The position numbers were made by a program, and so were the translations under genes. A stretch of DNA of 64,000 nt, from NCBI GenBank assembly GCA_963674595.2, contig CAXXFV010000029.1:96001-160000 (forward strand). The letters run 5' to 3'. Under the pieces are notes generated by a model. It saw only the letters and a list, made by a program, of their open reading frames with translations, had not been told where the DNA came from and made no database searches. Positions 28,592-38,780 of this stretch are shown piece after piece. The stretch is from a bacterium. GTDB lineage: Bacteria; Zhuqueibacterota; Zhuqueibacteria; Residuimicrobiales; Krinioviventaceae. Position 1 is the stretch's first letter. Each line of letters opens with the position of its first letter.

Positions 28592-29827
28592 TCAACAAAA
28601 AGACAATATAAACGTCCCGAGGAAAAACACCAAAATAAAAATCAGTACCAAATTGGTAAGGGGTTTGTTTTTAAATTCTTGTCCGATGAATTTTTCCCGG
28701 CCCAGCACAAGCAGGACAATGGTGAGCAATGGAATAAACAGCGCGCCGACAAAGGCATACACCTTTTGCATGGACGCAAATCCCACGTACAATCCGGTCA
28801 TGGGGACAAGGCTCAATCCGATTAAAAAATATCGGTACAGTTTTGTGCGGCTCAGGTCCTCACTGTCCCGAACATCGGATTTTTGCATAATGGTTACCGC
28901 ATCGGCGAAAATATAAGGCACGCTCTGCCACACGCCCAGCAGACTGCTGAAAATGGCGCTCCACCCTCCTGCCAAAAAAATCCATTTACCCAGCGCGCCG
29001 GTTTCCAAAACCAGTCGCTCGCCGAGTTTTATAATCAGCGTGGTGCCTTTGCCTTCAGGGTGAACATGGCTGCCGATGATCACCATACCCAGACCAAACA
29101 GGGCCGTCATAATATAACCGATGCCGAGATCAACCCGGCAGGCAAACAGGTCGCTTTTGGACACCAGTCCTTTTTCCCTAATCCAGTAGCCGTAACATAA
29201 AATCGTAACTGTCCCGCCGACGCCGCCGATAAGGGCAACCACCCACATCAGTTCCGCCGCAGACAAATGCCAGATATTCGGCCACACCAGGCTTTTTATG
29301 ATAACCAGCCAGTCCGAAGAAAGGCGCCAGGCCGTATACACCACCGCAAAAAACATGACGACAATGCAAACCTTCATGATCTTTTCAAACAGTTGGAAGC
29401 CGCCGAAATAGACAATAACAAATCCGAGAATACTTTGCAGCACGCCGTAAATTATTTTGCCGTAATAGGGGTCCTGACAAACCGGCAAGATCGCATACAG
29501 GGCCGCACCGGCCGCGCTCATCAGGGCGGCAGCCACCAGATAGCTCCACAGAAAAAAATAGGCCAGAAAAATCCATTGGGAAAAAAGGCCGCCGTGGGTC
29601 AGGGCGCCCTTTAAAATCGTGGTGCCGGTTGACAACTGCCAGCGTGTGAGTCCCTCATTTAAAACAAATTTGAAAAAAGCGCCCAGCAGCACTGCCCATA
29701 AAACCGCCACGCCCAGTTTAGAACCGGCAAAGGCCGCTGTTGCCAGGTCCCCGGCGCCCACACCGGTGGCCGCTACCAGCAATCCGGGACCGGCAATTTG
29801 AAAAAACCGTTTAAACCGCATCATCAC
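28592..29827 (-). CDS. Nramp/MntH-related divalent cation transporter family protein
   Basis: GPGLLVAATGVGAGDL, KFVLNEGLTRWQL, multiple TM segments. Start may be ATG 29824/29821. Confidence 0.8.
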   Translation of the reverse strand: MMMRFKRFFQIAGPGLLVAATGVGAGDLATAAFAGSKLGVAVLWAVLLGAFFKFVLNEGLTRWQLSTGTTILKGALTHGGLFSQWIFLAYFFLWSYLVAAALMSAAGAALYAILPVCQDPYYGKIIYGVLQSILGFVIVYFGGFQLFEKIMKVCIVVMFFAVVYTAWRLSSDWLVIIKSLVWPNIWHLSAAELMWVVALIGGVGGTVTILCYGYWIREKGLVSKSDLFACRVDLGIGYIMTALFGLGMVIIGSHVHPEGKGTTLIIKLGERLVLETGALGKWIFLAGGWSAIFSSLLGVWQSVPYIFADAVTIMQKSDVRDSEDLSRTKLYRYFLIGLSLVPMTGLYVGFASMQKVYAFVGALFIPLLTIVLLVLGREKFIGQEFKNKPLTNLVLIFILVFFLGTFILSFC

Positions 29828-29972
29828 ATCCGTTTTTGTATTTTTTAATTGACCGCTTTAATAAAGAATTGTATTTTAAATAAAAATCAGCATATATTCA
29901 AATAAAATTAAAAATATTTATGTTTAAAAAGAACAATCGTAACAGACCCTGTATCATAATCGGGAGCAGATT

Positions 29973-31034
29973 ATGCTAAAAAGATTGAAAAAGAAAGCCA
30001 AAAAGCCGGGACTCGCCCCGGGCGTTATTGTTCATATCGGTGAAAAAAAAATTGAAACAGCCCAACTGTCCCTTATATCATATAATGAGGGCAACTATAC
30101 GCGAAATCAAATCGATTCTGTCGGCGACCTTGCTGACCTGGACCCCAACAGCATACACTGGATTAATCTGTACGGCCTGCATGACACCAAAAAACTGACT
30201 GATCTGGGAGACATGTTTAATCTTCACCCCCTGGTGCTTGAAGACATTTGCAACACAGACCATCAGCCAAAACATGAAACTTTTGATGATTATCTCTTTG
30301 TCATTATGAAAATGATTTCCTATGACAAACAAGCAGGCGCCATAAATGTGGAACAGATGAGTTTTATATTAAAGAACAATTACATTATCTCTTTTCAGGA
30401 ACGCGTGGGTGATGTTTTTGAACCGGTGCGCGACCGTATCAAAGCCGGCAAGGGACGGCTGCGAAAAAGAAACGCTGATTATCTTTTATATGCCCTGATT
30501 GATATTCTGGTGGACCACTATTTTGTGGTGCTTGAAAAAGCGGGTGATCAACTGGAAATGTTGGAAGATAAAGTCATTGATTCGCCGGAACAATCCATTA
30601 TTTCGGAAATCCATCGACTTAAAAACGAGCTGTTGTTTATGCGAAAATCGGTATGGCCGGTCAGGGAACTTGTGTCCGCTTTAACGCGTGAAGAAAATCC
30701 GCTTATCGAAGAAAAAACAATCCCCTTTTTGCGGGATATATATGATCATGTCATTCAGGTCATTGATACCATCGAAACCTACCGCGACATGGTGGCGGGT
30801 TTGCTGGACGTTTATCTGTCGAGCATCAGCAATAAAATGAACGAGGTCATGAAAGTGCTGACCATCATCGCAACAATCTTTATTCCGCTGACATTTATTG
30901 CCGGAGTTTACGGGATGAATTTTGAAAACATGCCGGAACTAAAATGGCCATGGGGATACCCGGTGGTCTGGATTATCATGCTGGTGTTGGGTATCATCAT
31001 GGTCATTTACTTTAAAAGAAAAAAGTGGTTATAA
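29973..31034 (+). CDS. corA: Magnesium/cobalt transporter CorA
   Basis: HPLVLEDI, NKMNEVMKVLT, YGMNFENMPEL. Confidence 0.96.
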   Translation: MLKRLKKKAKKPGLAPGVIVHIGEKKIETAQLSLISYNEGNYTRNQIDSVGDLADLDPNSIHWINLYGLHDTKKLTDLGDMFNLHPLVLEDICNTDHQPKHETFDDYLFVIMKMISYDKQAGAINVEQMSFILKNNYIISFQERVGDVFEPVRDRIKAGKGRLRKRNADYLLYALIDILVDHYFVVLEKAGDQLEMLEDKVIDSPEQSIISEIHRLKNELLFMRKSVWPVRELVSALTREENPLIEEKTIPFLRDIYDHVIQVIDTIETYRDMVAGLLDVYLSSISNKMNEVMKVLTIIATIFIPLTFIAGVYGMNFENMPELKWPWGYPVVWIIMLVLGIIMVIYFKRKKWL

Positions 31035-31037
31035 AAT

Positions 31038-32078
31038 TTACTTTTTAATCTTGATAATATTTTGCGTAAAGGGCGCTTTGATTACACCTTTTTCCGTAAT
31101 AATGGCTGTTACCAGTTCATTGGGTGTAACATCAAAAGCGGGATTATAAACGGGAATTTCCTCAAGCGCAACAGAGCATTCGCCAAACTTGCGCACCTCG
31201 TCTGCTTCCCGCTCCTCTATGGGAATGTCGGCCCCGGTTTTTATATTAAAATCAAACGTGGATAACGGCGCTGCAACATAAAACGGAATGTTATGGTGTT
31301 TGGCCAGCACAGCCAGTCCATAGGTACCGATTTTGTTGGCCACATCACCATTGGCGGCAATACGGTCCGCACCGACAATAACCGTGTTGACAAGGCCCTG
31401 TTTCATAACATAGGCGGCCATGTTATCGCAAATCAGCGTTACATCAATATCGTCTTCATACAGTTCAAAGGTCGTTAGTCTGGCGCCCTGTAACAGGGGC
31501 CGGGTTTCATCGGCAAAAACCTTGACCTTTTTACCGGCTTCTTTGGCCGCGCGAATAACGCCCAAAGCCGTTCCGTAACCGCCGGTTGCCAGAGCCCCGG
31601 CATTACAATGGGTCAAAATATTGGCACGATTGGGCAGCAGTTCCGCACCGAACCGGCCCATGGTTTTACAACGTTTAATATCATCTTCAAGTATATAATT
31701 AGCTTCTCTTAACAGGGCCAGTTTAATTTCTTTTAAAGGCCTGCTCAAATTTTTTGACAACGCGCCTCTCATACGGTCGAGTGCCCAGAACAAATTCACA
31801 GCCGTGGGACGGGTTACTTTTAATGCTTCAATGGCCTCATTGGCCTTTTCCAGAAACTTCGTTCGGTCCGAACTATCTTCATACCACACACCCAGCACAA
31901 CGCCATAGGCCGCTGCAACGCCGATAGCCGGCGCACCCCTTACAGCCAGTCTTTTAATGGCATTGGCAACGCCGTGATAGTCTGATATTTCCAAAAGAAC
32001 GAGCTCATGCGGCAAGAGCGTCTGGTCTAATATTCGAACTTTGCCATCGGCCCATTGTACTGCCATGATCTCATCCAT
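31038..32078 (-). CDS. mtnA: S-methyl-5-thioribose-1-phosphate isomerase
   Basis: VRGAPAIG, RPTAVNL, THCNAGALAT, ETRPLLQGARLT, NKIGTY, NPAFDVTP. Confidence 0.96.
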   Translation of the reverse strand: MDEIMAVQWADGKVRILDQTLLPHELVLLEISDYHGVANAIKRLAVRGAPAIGVAAAYGVVLGVWYEDSSDRTKFLEKANEAIEALKVTRPTAVNLFWALDRMRGALSKNLSRPLKEIKLALLREANYILEDDIKRCKTMGRFGAELLPNRANILTHCNAGALATGGYGTALGVIRAAKEAGKKVKVFADETRPLLQGARLTTFELYEDDIDVTLICDNMAAYVMKQGLVNTVIVGADRIAANGDVANKIGTYGLAVLAKHHNIPFYVAAPLSTFDFNIKTGADIPIEEREADEVRKFGECSVALEEIPVYNPAFDVTPNELVTAIITEKGVIKAPFTQNIIKIKK

Positions 32079-32107
32079 ATATAGATTCTCCTTTTATTCA
32101 GATAATT

Positions 32108-33415
32108 TTATAAATATTTTTGCATCAAATTTAAAACTTTTTCACTGGACCCGACGTTTTGCATAACAAAATTTTTGGCCTTGTTTCCCTGTTCGCTGAC
32201 ATATTCCGGATTCTTTTTCATTTGCTTCATAAACTGTTCCACAGAACGTTGGTCTTTAATAACAAGGGCAATGTCCTGTTTAACCATTTCATCGGCTTCA
32301 GTCTGGTTGGTAAAATTGGGTCCGTAAAGCACACAAGCGCCGTGAGCGGCCGGTTCCAGCACATTGTGAACTCCGACGCCAAAGCCGCCGCCGACATAGG
32401 CGATATGCCCAAGGGCGTATAAATTAGCCAGAATGCCGAACGTATCAATAATCAAAACTTTAAACTTCCAGGTATCCGGGGCTCCAAGCTGTGTGTAGCG
32501 GGCCGTGGCCATGTTTTTTCCGGCGAAAAAATCCTCAGCCTCTTTGAGGTGATTTTCAGACAGTTCGTGGTGGGCAATGACAACCTTGTATTGGTCGTCG
32601 TCCCGTAACAGCTCATAAAGAGGTTCGTAAAACCAGCACAGGTCGGCCGGCCATACATTGCCCAAAACAATTGTTTTATGGCGCGGAAAAAATCCCGGGG
32701 TTATCAGGGTATCAATCTTACCCTTTTCCATGGTGCGGTTATAGACCTGGTCGTATTTGGTGTCGCCGGTAACAAGAATATTATCCGGCTCGGGGAAAGC
32801 CAGTTTTAACAGGCTTTTATTTTCCGGAGAAACCGTCAGCAGATAATCAAAGGTCGAATATACCATTTTATAAACTTTTTGCAAATATATAAAAGAGCTT
32901 TTATGGTTGCCGGAAACACTGGCATTTATCAGAAAAGACGGAATCCCCTGTTTCACCAACCGCCACTGATGATTGGGCCACACATCGTGACGGACCACCA
33001 TGGCAAGGTCGGGTTTAATCAGTGAAATAAACTTTTTTGCCTGAAACCAGGAATCAAAAGGGATATAGGCTTTAAGCATATTCTCGCCTTCGATTTTCGC
33101 ATAATCATACCCGGACGGTGAAAAAAATGTAATAATGATTTGAACATCGGAACGGGACGTTTTTAAAAGCGCCAGCAACGCCCGGATCTGTTCAAACTCT
33201 CCCATGGAAGATACATGGATCCATACCCGTTTCGAATTCGGGTCCCATTTATTTATTCGGAGTTCTAGATTTTTTAAATTGTTTTTGCGACCTTTAATAC
33301 CTTTACGGATTTTTTTATTAAAAAGTCCGGCACAATGGGCGAGTAAGAAAAAGGGCGGAATGATAAAAACATTATACAGGAAAAGAAATAATTTGGACAT
33401 ACTCATCACACACAA
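32108..33415 (-). CDS. waaA: 3-deoxy-D-manno-octulosonic acid (Kdo) transferase
   Basis: WIHVSSMGEFEQ, TFFSPSGY, GDTKYD, AYVGGGF..HNVLEPA. Confidence 0.9.
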   Translation of the reverse strand: MCVMSMSKLFLFLYNVFIIPPFFLLAHCAGLFNKKIRKGIKGRKNNLKNLELRINKWDPNSKRVWIHVSSMGEFEQIRALLALLKTSRSDVQIIITFFSPSGYDYAKIEGENMLKAYIPFDSWFQAKKFISLIKPDLAMVVRHDVWPNHQWRLVKQGIPSFLINASVSGNHKSSFIYLQKVYKMVYSTFDYLLTVSPENKSLLKLAFPEPDNILVTGDTKYDQVYNRTMEKGKIDTLITPGFFPRHKTIVLGNVWPADLCWFYEPLYELLRDDDQYKVVIAHHELSENHLKEAEDFFAGKNMATARYTQLGAPDTWKFKVLIIDTFGILANLYALGHIAYVGGGFGVGVHNVLEPAAHGACVLYGPNFTNQTEADEMVKQDIALVIKDQRSVEQFMKQMKKNPEYVSEQGNKAKNFVMQNVGSSEKVLNLMQKYL

Positions 33416-33438
33416 GATTACCCCTTAAAAATGATAAT

Positions 33439-33951
33439 TTACATGGAATCTCGATAACCCTTTAGGCTAGGGTAATCAGCGCCGATGATTAAAGTAACAT
33501 CAGATGCCGCCTGATCACTACGGATTAATAACACTTTATCGCGCTCAAGACCGACAAAGTCGACAAATTTGTCTATGACTTTTTTATCCTGAATACCGCG
33601 ATCTATAATAACGGTATTTTTATATTTAAAATCAGGTGCGTTTCCCGTGGAAACGACTTTGTAATTTTGTCTTTCGAGAATGGTTTGAAACTCGGAAGCC
33701 AGGTTGCGGATACCGCATCCGTTCAACACTTCAACGGTAATGACCGGTGTTCGCGCTGCGGGCGTATCGGTCCCCTTTATCAGGATTTTTTGCACAAGAG
33801 AAAATATTAAAACAGCATTAATAACAACCAGAAACCAGATAACAACAGACGTTACCTGACTTTTGACAGATTGAAAAGTATTTGTTTTTTTTCGAGCGGG
33901 TTTTCTCGTCGAAACATTTCTTTTGGTTGTTTTAACGGATCGTTTATTCAC
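33439..33951 (-). CDS. LytR C-terminal domain membrane protein
   Basis: One TM segment, VEVLNGCGI, GNA, DVTLIIGADY. Confidence 0.85.
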   Translation of the reverse strand: MNKRSVKTTKRNVSTRKPARKKTNTFQSVKSQVTSVVIWFLVVINAVLIFSLVQKILIKGTDTPAARTPVITVEVLNGCGIRNLASEFQTILERQNYKVVSTGNAPDFKYKNTVIIDRGIQDKKVIDKFVDFVGLERDKVLLIRSDQAASDVTLIIGADYPSLKGYRDSM

Positions 33952-34006
33952 TGTTGCAAATTTCTCCTTGGTTTACGCTAAACTAGAACTGGATGCTTTT
34001 TTTCGA

Positions 34007-34480
34007 CTACCAAAATCTGTTACGATTGCTGTAATAATAAGGGTTATATCCGTAGGGATAACGTTTATAACTTATTTCCAGGACCGTGTTTTTTAAAGGT
34101 TCGTACCGTAAACTTGCCCCGGAAACAAACGGACCGTTGTTAAATACGGGTGATTGTTCGTTTTCCGCAAAAGGCTGATGCATCATTCCCCATTGAAAAG
34201 TCAGTGTCAGCGGTGCAGAAAAATCATAAGTCATGGTATTCAAATAAAGTCCCTGTGTTGTGCCCTCTCCGCCGCCGCCGGAAAGATAACTCATGGTATA
34301 ACTTTGAGAAATAGACAAACGGTTCGGATCCAAACCCAATATTCCCATAGTTCTTTTACCAACGCTCATGGGGTATTTGAGGGTTTTGGCTATATCAACA
34401 GGACCTGATTCACTTTTATATTGACCGTATGAGACAAGCGGTATCGTTATAATAAACAGGACCAGAAAAAATCGTCTCAT
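34007..34480 (-). CDS. Hypothetical secreted/outer-membrane protein
   Basis: Signal peptide, beta-strand-rich (SYTMSY..GLYLNTM), RBS AGGAG. Confidence 0.7.
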   Translation of the reverse strand: MRRFFLVLFIITIPLVSYGQYKSESGPVDIAKTLKYPMSVGKRTMGILGLDPNRLSISQSYTMSYLSGGGGEGTTQGLYLNTMTYDFSAPLTLTFQWGMMHQPFAENEQSPVFNNGPFVSGASLRYEPLKNTVLEISYKRYPYGYNPYYYSNRNRFW

Positions 34481-34584
34481 ATTACTGCTCCTTTTTTACA
34501 AGTAACGTGACATATAAAAATAATAAAAATTGCTTTAATGTCAACATTATTTTTTTAATAAAATCCGGTTTAATGATTTATTTT

Positions 34585-35442
34585 TTAAATACTATCATTA
34601 ATCTCAATTATAACATTATCCAGCAAACGGGTATTTCCGATAAAAACGGCCAGGGCAATAAGCACCTGTCCCTGAATAACCGGAACTCTTTGCAGTTTAT
34701 GGGTATCAACAATCTCCACATAATCAATTTTACTCAGGGCCGTGCTGTCGATCATTTCCCGCATTTTATCGATAATAACGGAACTGTTTCTTTCTCCGGC
34801 ATCCACCAGGTCTTTGGCCATTTGCAGCGAATGGTGCAGAATTGTCGCTTCGATACGTTCCTGGGGATTGAGATATTTATTACGGGAACTCGTTGCCAGT
34901 CCGTCTTCTTCACGAATGATCGGCGCGATAACAATTTCAATATCAAAATTAAGGTCTTTTGTCATACGCTGAATAACAAAGGCCTGCTGTGCATCTTTTT
35001 GTCCGAATACGGCATAGTGCGGTTTGGTTATGTTGAACAGTTTGCTGACAATGGTTGTTACGCCCTTGAAATGCCAGGGACGCGATTTTCCGCACAGGTC
35101 CAGGGTCAGCTTTTCAACATTTACGAATGATTGATAACCTTCCGGGTACATGTCGTCATCTGTTGGAACAAAAAGAAAATCTGTTCCCGCCTCTTCGGCC
35201 AGTCCCTTGTCGCGTTCCAGGTCTCTGGGGTATTTGTCCAGATCTTCTTTGGGACCGAACTGGGTCGGGTTGACGAATATGGTTGTTATCACAACATCGG
35301 CAAGGTCAGCCGCTTTATAAATCAAACTGAGATGACCGTTATGCAAATAACCCATTGTGGGCACAACAGCAATTTTTTTGCCTTGCAGCCGCAGCGCTTC
35401 GACGGTTTGCTGCATCTCTTTTACGGATTGAATAACTTTCAC
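34585..35442 (-). CDS. panC: Pantoate--beta-alanine ligase
   Basis: VPTMGYLHNGH, FVNPTQFG, RPWHFKGV, FGQKDAQQ, SSRN, RLLDN. Confidence 0.97.
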   Translation of the reverse strand: MKVIQSVKEMQQTVEALRLQGKKIAVVPTMGYLHNGHLSLIYKAADLADVVITTIFVNPTQFGPKEDLDKYPRDLERDKGLAEEAGTDFLFVPTDDDMYPEGYQSFVNVEKLTLDLCGKSRPWHFKGVTTIVSKLFNITKPHYAVFGQKDAQQAFVIQRMTKDLNFDIEIVIAPIIREEDGLATSSRNKYLNPQERIEATILHHSLQMAKDLVDAGERNSSVIIDKMREMIDSTALSKIDYVEIVDTHKLQRVPVIQGQVLIALAVFIGNTRLLDNVIIEINDSI

Positions 35443-35450
35443 AGGGCTAC

Positions 35451-36248
35451 CTAATAACTTTCATCCGCGTTTGGAAACGAGCCGTCTTTAACATCCTGAG
35501 AATATTGCTGCAGGGCTTTTTTAACATCAACGGCCAGGTCCATATACTGACGGACGAACTTTGGTTTAAACTCTTCAAACAATCCCAGCATGTCCTGGGT
35601 AACCAGGATTTGTCCGTCACAACCTGCTCCGGCGCCGATACCAATGGTGGGGATGGTCAGTTTCTCTGAAACCTCTTTAGCCAAAGCAGCCGGAATTTTT
35701 TCCAGTACCATGGCAAAGGCCCCGGCTTGCTCAAGACCGATGGCGTCTTTAATGAGCTGTTCGGCAGCATCTGCATTTTTAGCCCGCACACCATAGCCGC
35801 CGAACTGGCGGATAGACTGCGGTGTCAGTCCCAAATGGCCCATAACCGGCATGCCGGCCTGCACTATTTTATGCACGGTTTCCAGTACCGGTTCGCCGCC
35901 TTCCAGTTTTACGGCATCGACCTGCACCTCTTTAAAAAACCGCCCGGCATTGAGCATGGCCTGGTCGGTATTCACCTGGTAGGACAAAAACGGCATGTCC
36001 GCTACAAACAAAGCGTGCGAAACACCTCTGCGCACCGCTTTACAATGGTAAATCGCTTCATCCATTGTCAGGGGCAGGGTGGTTTCGTTACCGTTAAAAA
36101 CCATCGAGCCGGAATCACCAACAAGGATGATATCAAGTCCGGCCTGGTCAAGAAGGGTGGCAAAAAGGAATTCATAGGCCGTAAGGGCGCTGATTTTTTC
36201 ACCATTGTCCTTCATGGTTTGTATATAGGGAACGGTTATTTTTTTCAT
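35451..36248 (-). CDS. panB: 3-methyl-2-oxobutanoate hydroxymethyltransferase
   Basis: LVGDS, DMPFLSY, VKLEGG, HLGLTPQS, IGIGAG..CDGQILV. Confidence 0.97.
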   Translation of the reverse strand: MKKITVPYIQTMKDNGEKISALTAYEFLFATLLDQAGLDIILVGDSGSMVFNGNETTLPLTMDEAIYHCKAVRRGVSHALFVADMPFLSYQVNTDQAMLNAGRFFKEVQVDAVKLEGGEPVLETVHKIVQAGMPVMGHLGLTPQSIRQFGGYGVRAKNADAAEQLIKDAIGLEQAGAFAMVLEKIPAALAKEVSEKLTIPTIGIGAGAGCDGQILVTQDMLGLFEEFKPKFVRQYMDLAVDVKKALQQYSQDVKDGSFPNADESY

Positions 36249-36277
36249 ATTTTGCTTGATTTTTTTATGTAAACGGC

Positions 36278-36310
36278 AAAAAAAATCCGCTTTCGTACAG
36301 AGCGGATTTT
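36278..36310 (-). terminator. Intrinsic terminator
   Basis: AAAATCCGCT..AGCGGATTTT inverted repeat with T-tract on the minus strand. Confidence 0.7.
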
Positions 36311-36322
36311 AAATATTTTAAA

Positions 36323-37258
36323 TTAAAAGCTGCTGTATATTGAGAAACGGTTTAAAGAACCAATTTCTCCGAGTGATGAAAATGAATAGTCGATAAAGAA
36401 CTGTTTCCAGATCAATCCAAATCCGATGGACCCGCCGGCAAACTTGTCCTTGGAGGTGCCAAAGTCCATATTCTGACCAAAGGTATCATAACCGAGTCTT
36501 AAAAAGAAAGATTCCGTCAGTGTAAATTCTCCGCCCACAGCGCCGTTAATATCTTCGCTGTTATACTTGTAAACGTTCACATTCACCATAAGCGGTAAAT
36601 GCGCCAGTTTTTTGGTGGCGCCAAAGCGCATGCCGAAGGGCAAATCATCTTTATCGGTAACAAAGGCCGACGTGACCTGTCCTACATTATAAACGGCAAA
36701 GCCAAAGTTTAAACTTTGAGACGGAATGGTGTATAAAACACCGGCATCCAGGGCGACTGCGTTGGAAGTATAGTTTTCAACGGAATAGTGTATAAATTTA
36801 CCACTTGCACCGACAAACAGATTTTGTTTCAACTCTAACGCATAACTCGCTGCCATTGATACGGCATTGGCGCCGAATTCCGATGTTTCTTCGCCTGTTA
36901 TATCACGTCCGTCAAAGGTGCCATAATCCTTGTACAAAATACCAATTCCGACATTTCCCGGTCCGACATTGGGATTCACAAAGCCGATATAACCGGTGTT
37001 AAAATCCAGCAAATCATTCAAGTAGGTAAAGCTGCCGCTTTTTTTCCGGACCGTGCCAATACCCGCCGGATTATAGTGCAGACTGTTGATGTCGTTATCA
37101 ATAGCAACAAATGCTCCGGCTAATGCGGAAGCACGTGCGCCTACGTGGGTCCGTAAAAACTGAAACCCGACTGTTCCGGCCGGTTCGGCAAAAGCCGACG
37201 TTGCTGTAAGCGAAAAAATTAAAGTGAGAAACGTTGTTTTTAATAAAGATTTTCTCAT
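36323..37258 (-). CDS. PorV/PorQ-family outer-membrane beta-barrel protein
   Basis: FQFL..GARASALAGAFVA..SLHYNPAG; terminal F. Confidence 0.85.
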   Translation of the reverse strand: MRKSLLKTTFLTLIFSLTATSAFAEPAGTVGFQFLRTHVGARASALAGAFVAIDNDINSLHYNPAGIGTVRKKSGSFTYLNDLLDFNTGYIGFVNPNVGPGNVGIGILYKDYGTFDGRDITGEETSEFGANAVSMAASYALELKQNLFVGASGKFIHYSVENYTSNAVALDAGVLYTIPSQSLNFGFAVYNVGQVTSAFVTDKDDLPFGMRFGATKKLAHLPLMVNVNVYKYNSEDINGAVGGEFTLTESFFLRLGYDTFGQNMDFGTSKDKFAGGSIGFGLIWKQFFIDYSFSSLGEIGSLNRFSIYSSF

Positions 37259-37283
37259 AAGAGTACCCGTTTAAATAGAAAAG

Positions 37284-37356
37284 AGCCACCTGTCGGAATT
37301 GAACCGACGACCTGCTCATTACGAGTGAGCCGCTCTACCAACTGAGCTAAGGTGGC
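37284..37356 (-). tRNA. tRNA-Thr(CGT)
   Basis: GCCACCTTAGCTCAGTTGGTAGAGCGGCTCACTCGTAATGAGCAGGTCGTCGGTTCAATTCCGACAGGTGGCT; cloverleaf with anticodon CGT; CCA not encoded. Confidence 0.96.
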
Positions 37357-37440
37357 TTTTAAGACGAATAATGTATAAAAATTTCCCTTTAGAATCAAGA
37401 AAAAAAGTATTCTGCCACCTTGCAATTAACTAACAAAAAA

Positions 37441-37776
37441 CTAATCCGTAATATTCAACTCATTCATTTTAGAGAACACAAATACTCCAAAAAATACCAA
37501 AATCGCTCCGATTAACAAGGCCACAAAGGAAACCATGGCAACCAACGCCAAAACAGCGCTGAGATTGCTTTTTTCCGAATGGTCTATATAATCTTTCAGG
37601 ACGATGTCGTAAAACATTTTTCCTGCAAAAATGACAAACAAAAGGACCCCGAAAACAATCCGGGAAAAATCCATTCGTTTTATCATACTGTTTTTAATGG
37701 GCCAAATAAGCCACAATACAATTCCCCATTTACCGATTTCCCACAATACCGGTTTAATTTTTTTTAATTTTTCCAT
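37441..37776 (-). CDS. Hypothetical membrane protein (3 TM)
   Basis: ATG overlaps the yraN stop; three hydrophobic segments. Confidence 0.7.
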   Translation of the reverse strand: MEKLKKIKPVLWEIGKWGIVLWLIWPIKNSMIKRMDFSRIVFGVLLFVIFAGKMFYDIVLKDYIDHSEKSNLSAVLALVAMVSFVALLIGAILVFFGVFVFSKMNELNITD

Positions 37777-38162
37777 CAACCCTCGTCTTCCAGCCAAAAG
37801 GCATTTTGAATATGTTTAGCCGACGTATTATTATTCTTATCCAGTTTGACCGCAACAACATCAAAACGGCAGTCAATGTTTTCCAGATCTTTTTCCTGTA
37901 AATAGCAGGAAGCAACAAGGCCGATCCTATACTGTTTTTTATGATCAACCCAGGTCTCAGGTTCCCCAAAATTTACACTTTTTCCGGTTTTTACTTCAAC
38001 AAAAACCAGCGTATTGCCGTCACGGGCAATGATGTCTATTTCATAACGCTGAGCGCGATAGTTTCGTTCCAGAATTTCATACCCGGAATCGCGCAACAGT
38101 TTCGCTGCCAGGTCTTCGCCAAACCGGCCTGTTTCCGTAGTTTTAGATATTGTCGTTTTCAT
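37776..38162 (-). CDS. yraN: YraN family (UPF0102) protein
   Basis: GRFGEDLA..GYEILERNYR..EIDIIA..LVFVEVK..RFDVVAV; adjacent to rnhB. Confidence 0.92.
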   Translation of the reverse strand: MKTTISKTTETGRFGEDLAAKLLRDSGYEILERNYRAQRYEIDIIARDGNTLVFVEVKTGKSVNFGEPETWVDHKKQYRIGLVASCYLQEKDLENIDCRFDVVAVKLDKNNNTSAKHIQNAFWLEDEG

Positions 38163-38766
38163 CAGTCAATGTCATTAAACTTTTGGGATGAAAAGAGCGT
38201 CTGTGAAACGGGCAAAGGCCGTGCTGCCGGATTGCTTCGATATGCTGCTTTGTCGGATAACCTTTGTGTTGGGCAAAATTATACTGGGGAAACTCTTTGT
38301 GATAGTCCAGCATTATATTATCCCGCGTTACTTTGGCTATGATCGATGCAGCGGCCACAGACATACTTTTGGCATCGCCCTTGACAATACACATTTTTGA
38401 TATTTCATTTTGCGGGGAACCGCGTCCGTCTATTAACAGATAATCCGGTTTAATTGCCAGATTTTCAATTGCGCTGTTCATGGCCATATAGGTGGCCTGT
38501 AATATATTATAACGATCGATATCCGGATGGTGTATGATACCAACACCCACGGCCATCGCGCTTTGTTGGATGATATCAAAAGCGGTTTGCCGTTTTTTCC
38601 CGGACAATTTTTTGGAATCGTTTATTTCCGGTAAAAGCACACAATCAACCGGAAAAACAACAGCCGCCGCAACAACAGGTCCGGCCAGCGGACCCCTGCC
38701 GGCTTCATCTACACCGGCCACAACACGACAGCCTTTTTCCCATAACTCTTTTTCAAATTTAAGCAT
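38143..38766 (-). CDS. rnhB: Ribonuclease HII
   Basis: GVDEAGRGPLAGPV, DSKKL, KGD..AAASIIAKVTRD, HKGYPT, HRRSF. Confidence 0.97.
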   Translation of the reverse strand: MLKFEKELWEKGCRVVAGVDEAGRGPLAGPVVAAAVVFPVDCVLLPEINDSKKLSGKKRQTAFDIIQQSAMAVGVGIIHHPDIDRYNILQATYMAMNSAIENLAIKPDYLLIDGRGSPQNEISKMCIVKGDAKSMSVAAASIIAKVTRDNIMLDYHKEFPQYNFAQHKGYPTKQHIEAIRQHGLCPFHRRSFHPKSLMTLTDENDNI

Positions 38767-38780
38767 AGTATTGTTTTTTT

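Noticed and set aside
37284-37356. tRNA-Thr as an integration site for an island or prophage
   Set aside because: No integrase, no duplicated tRNA 3' end seen, and the flanks are housekeeping genes.
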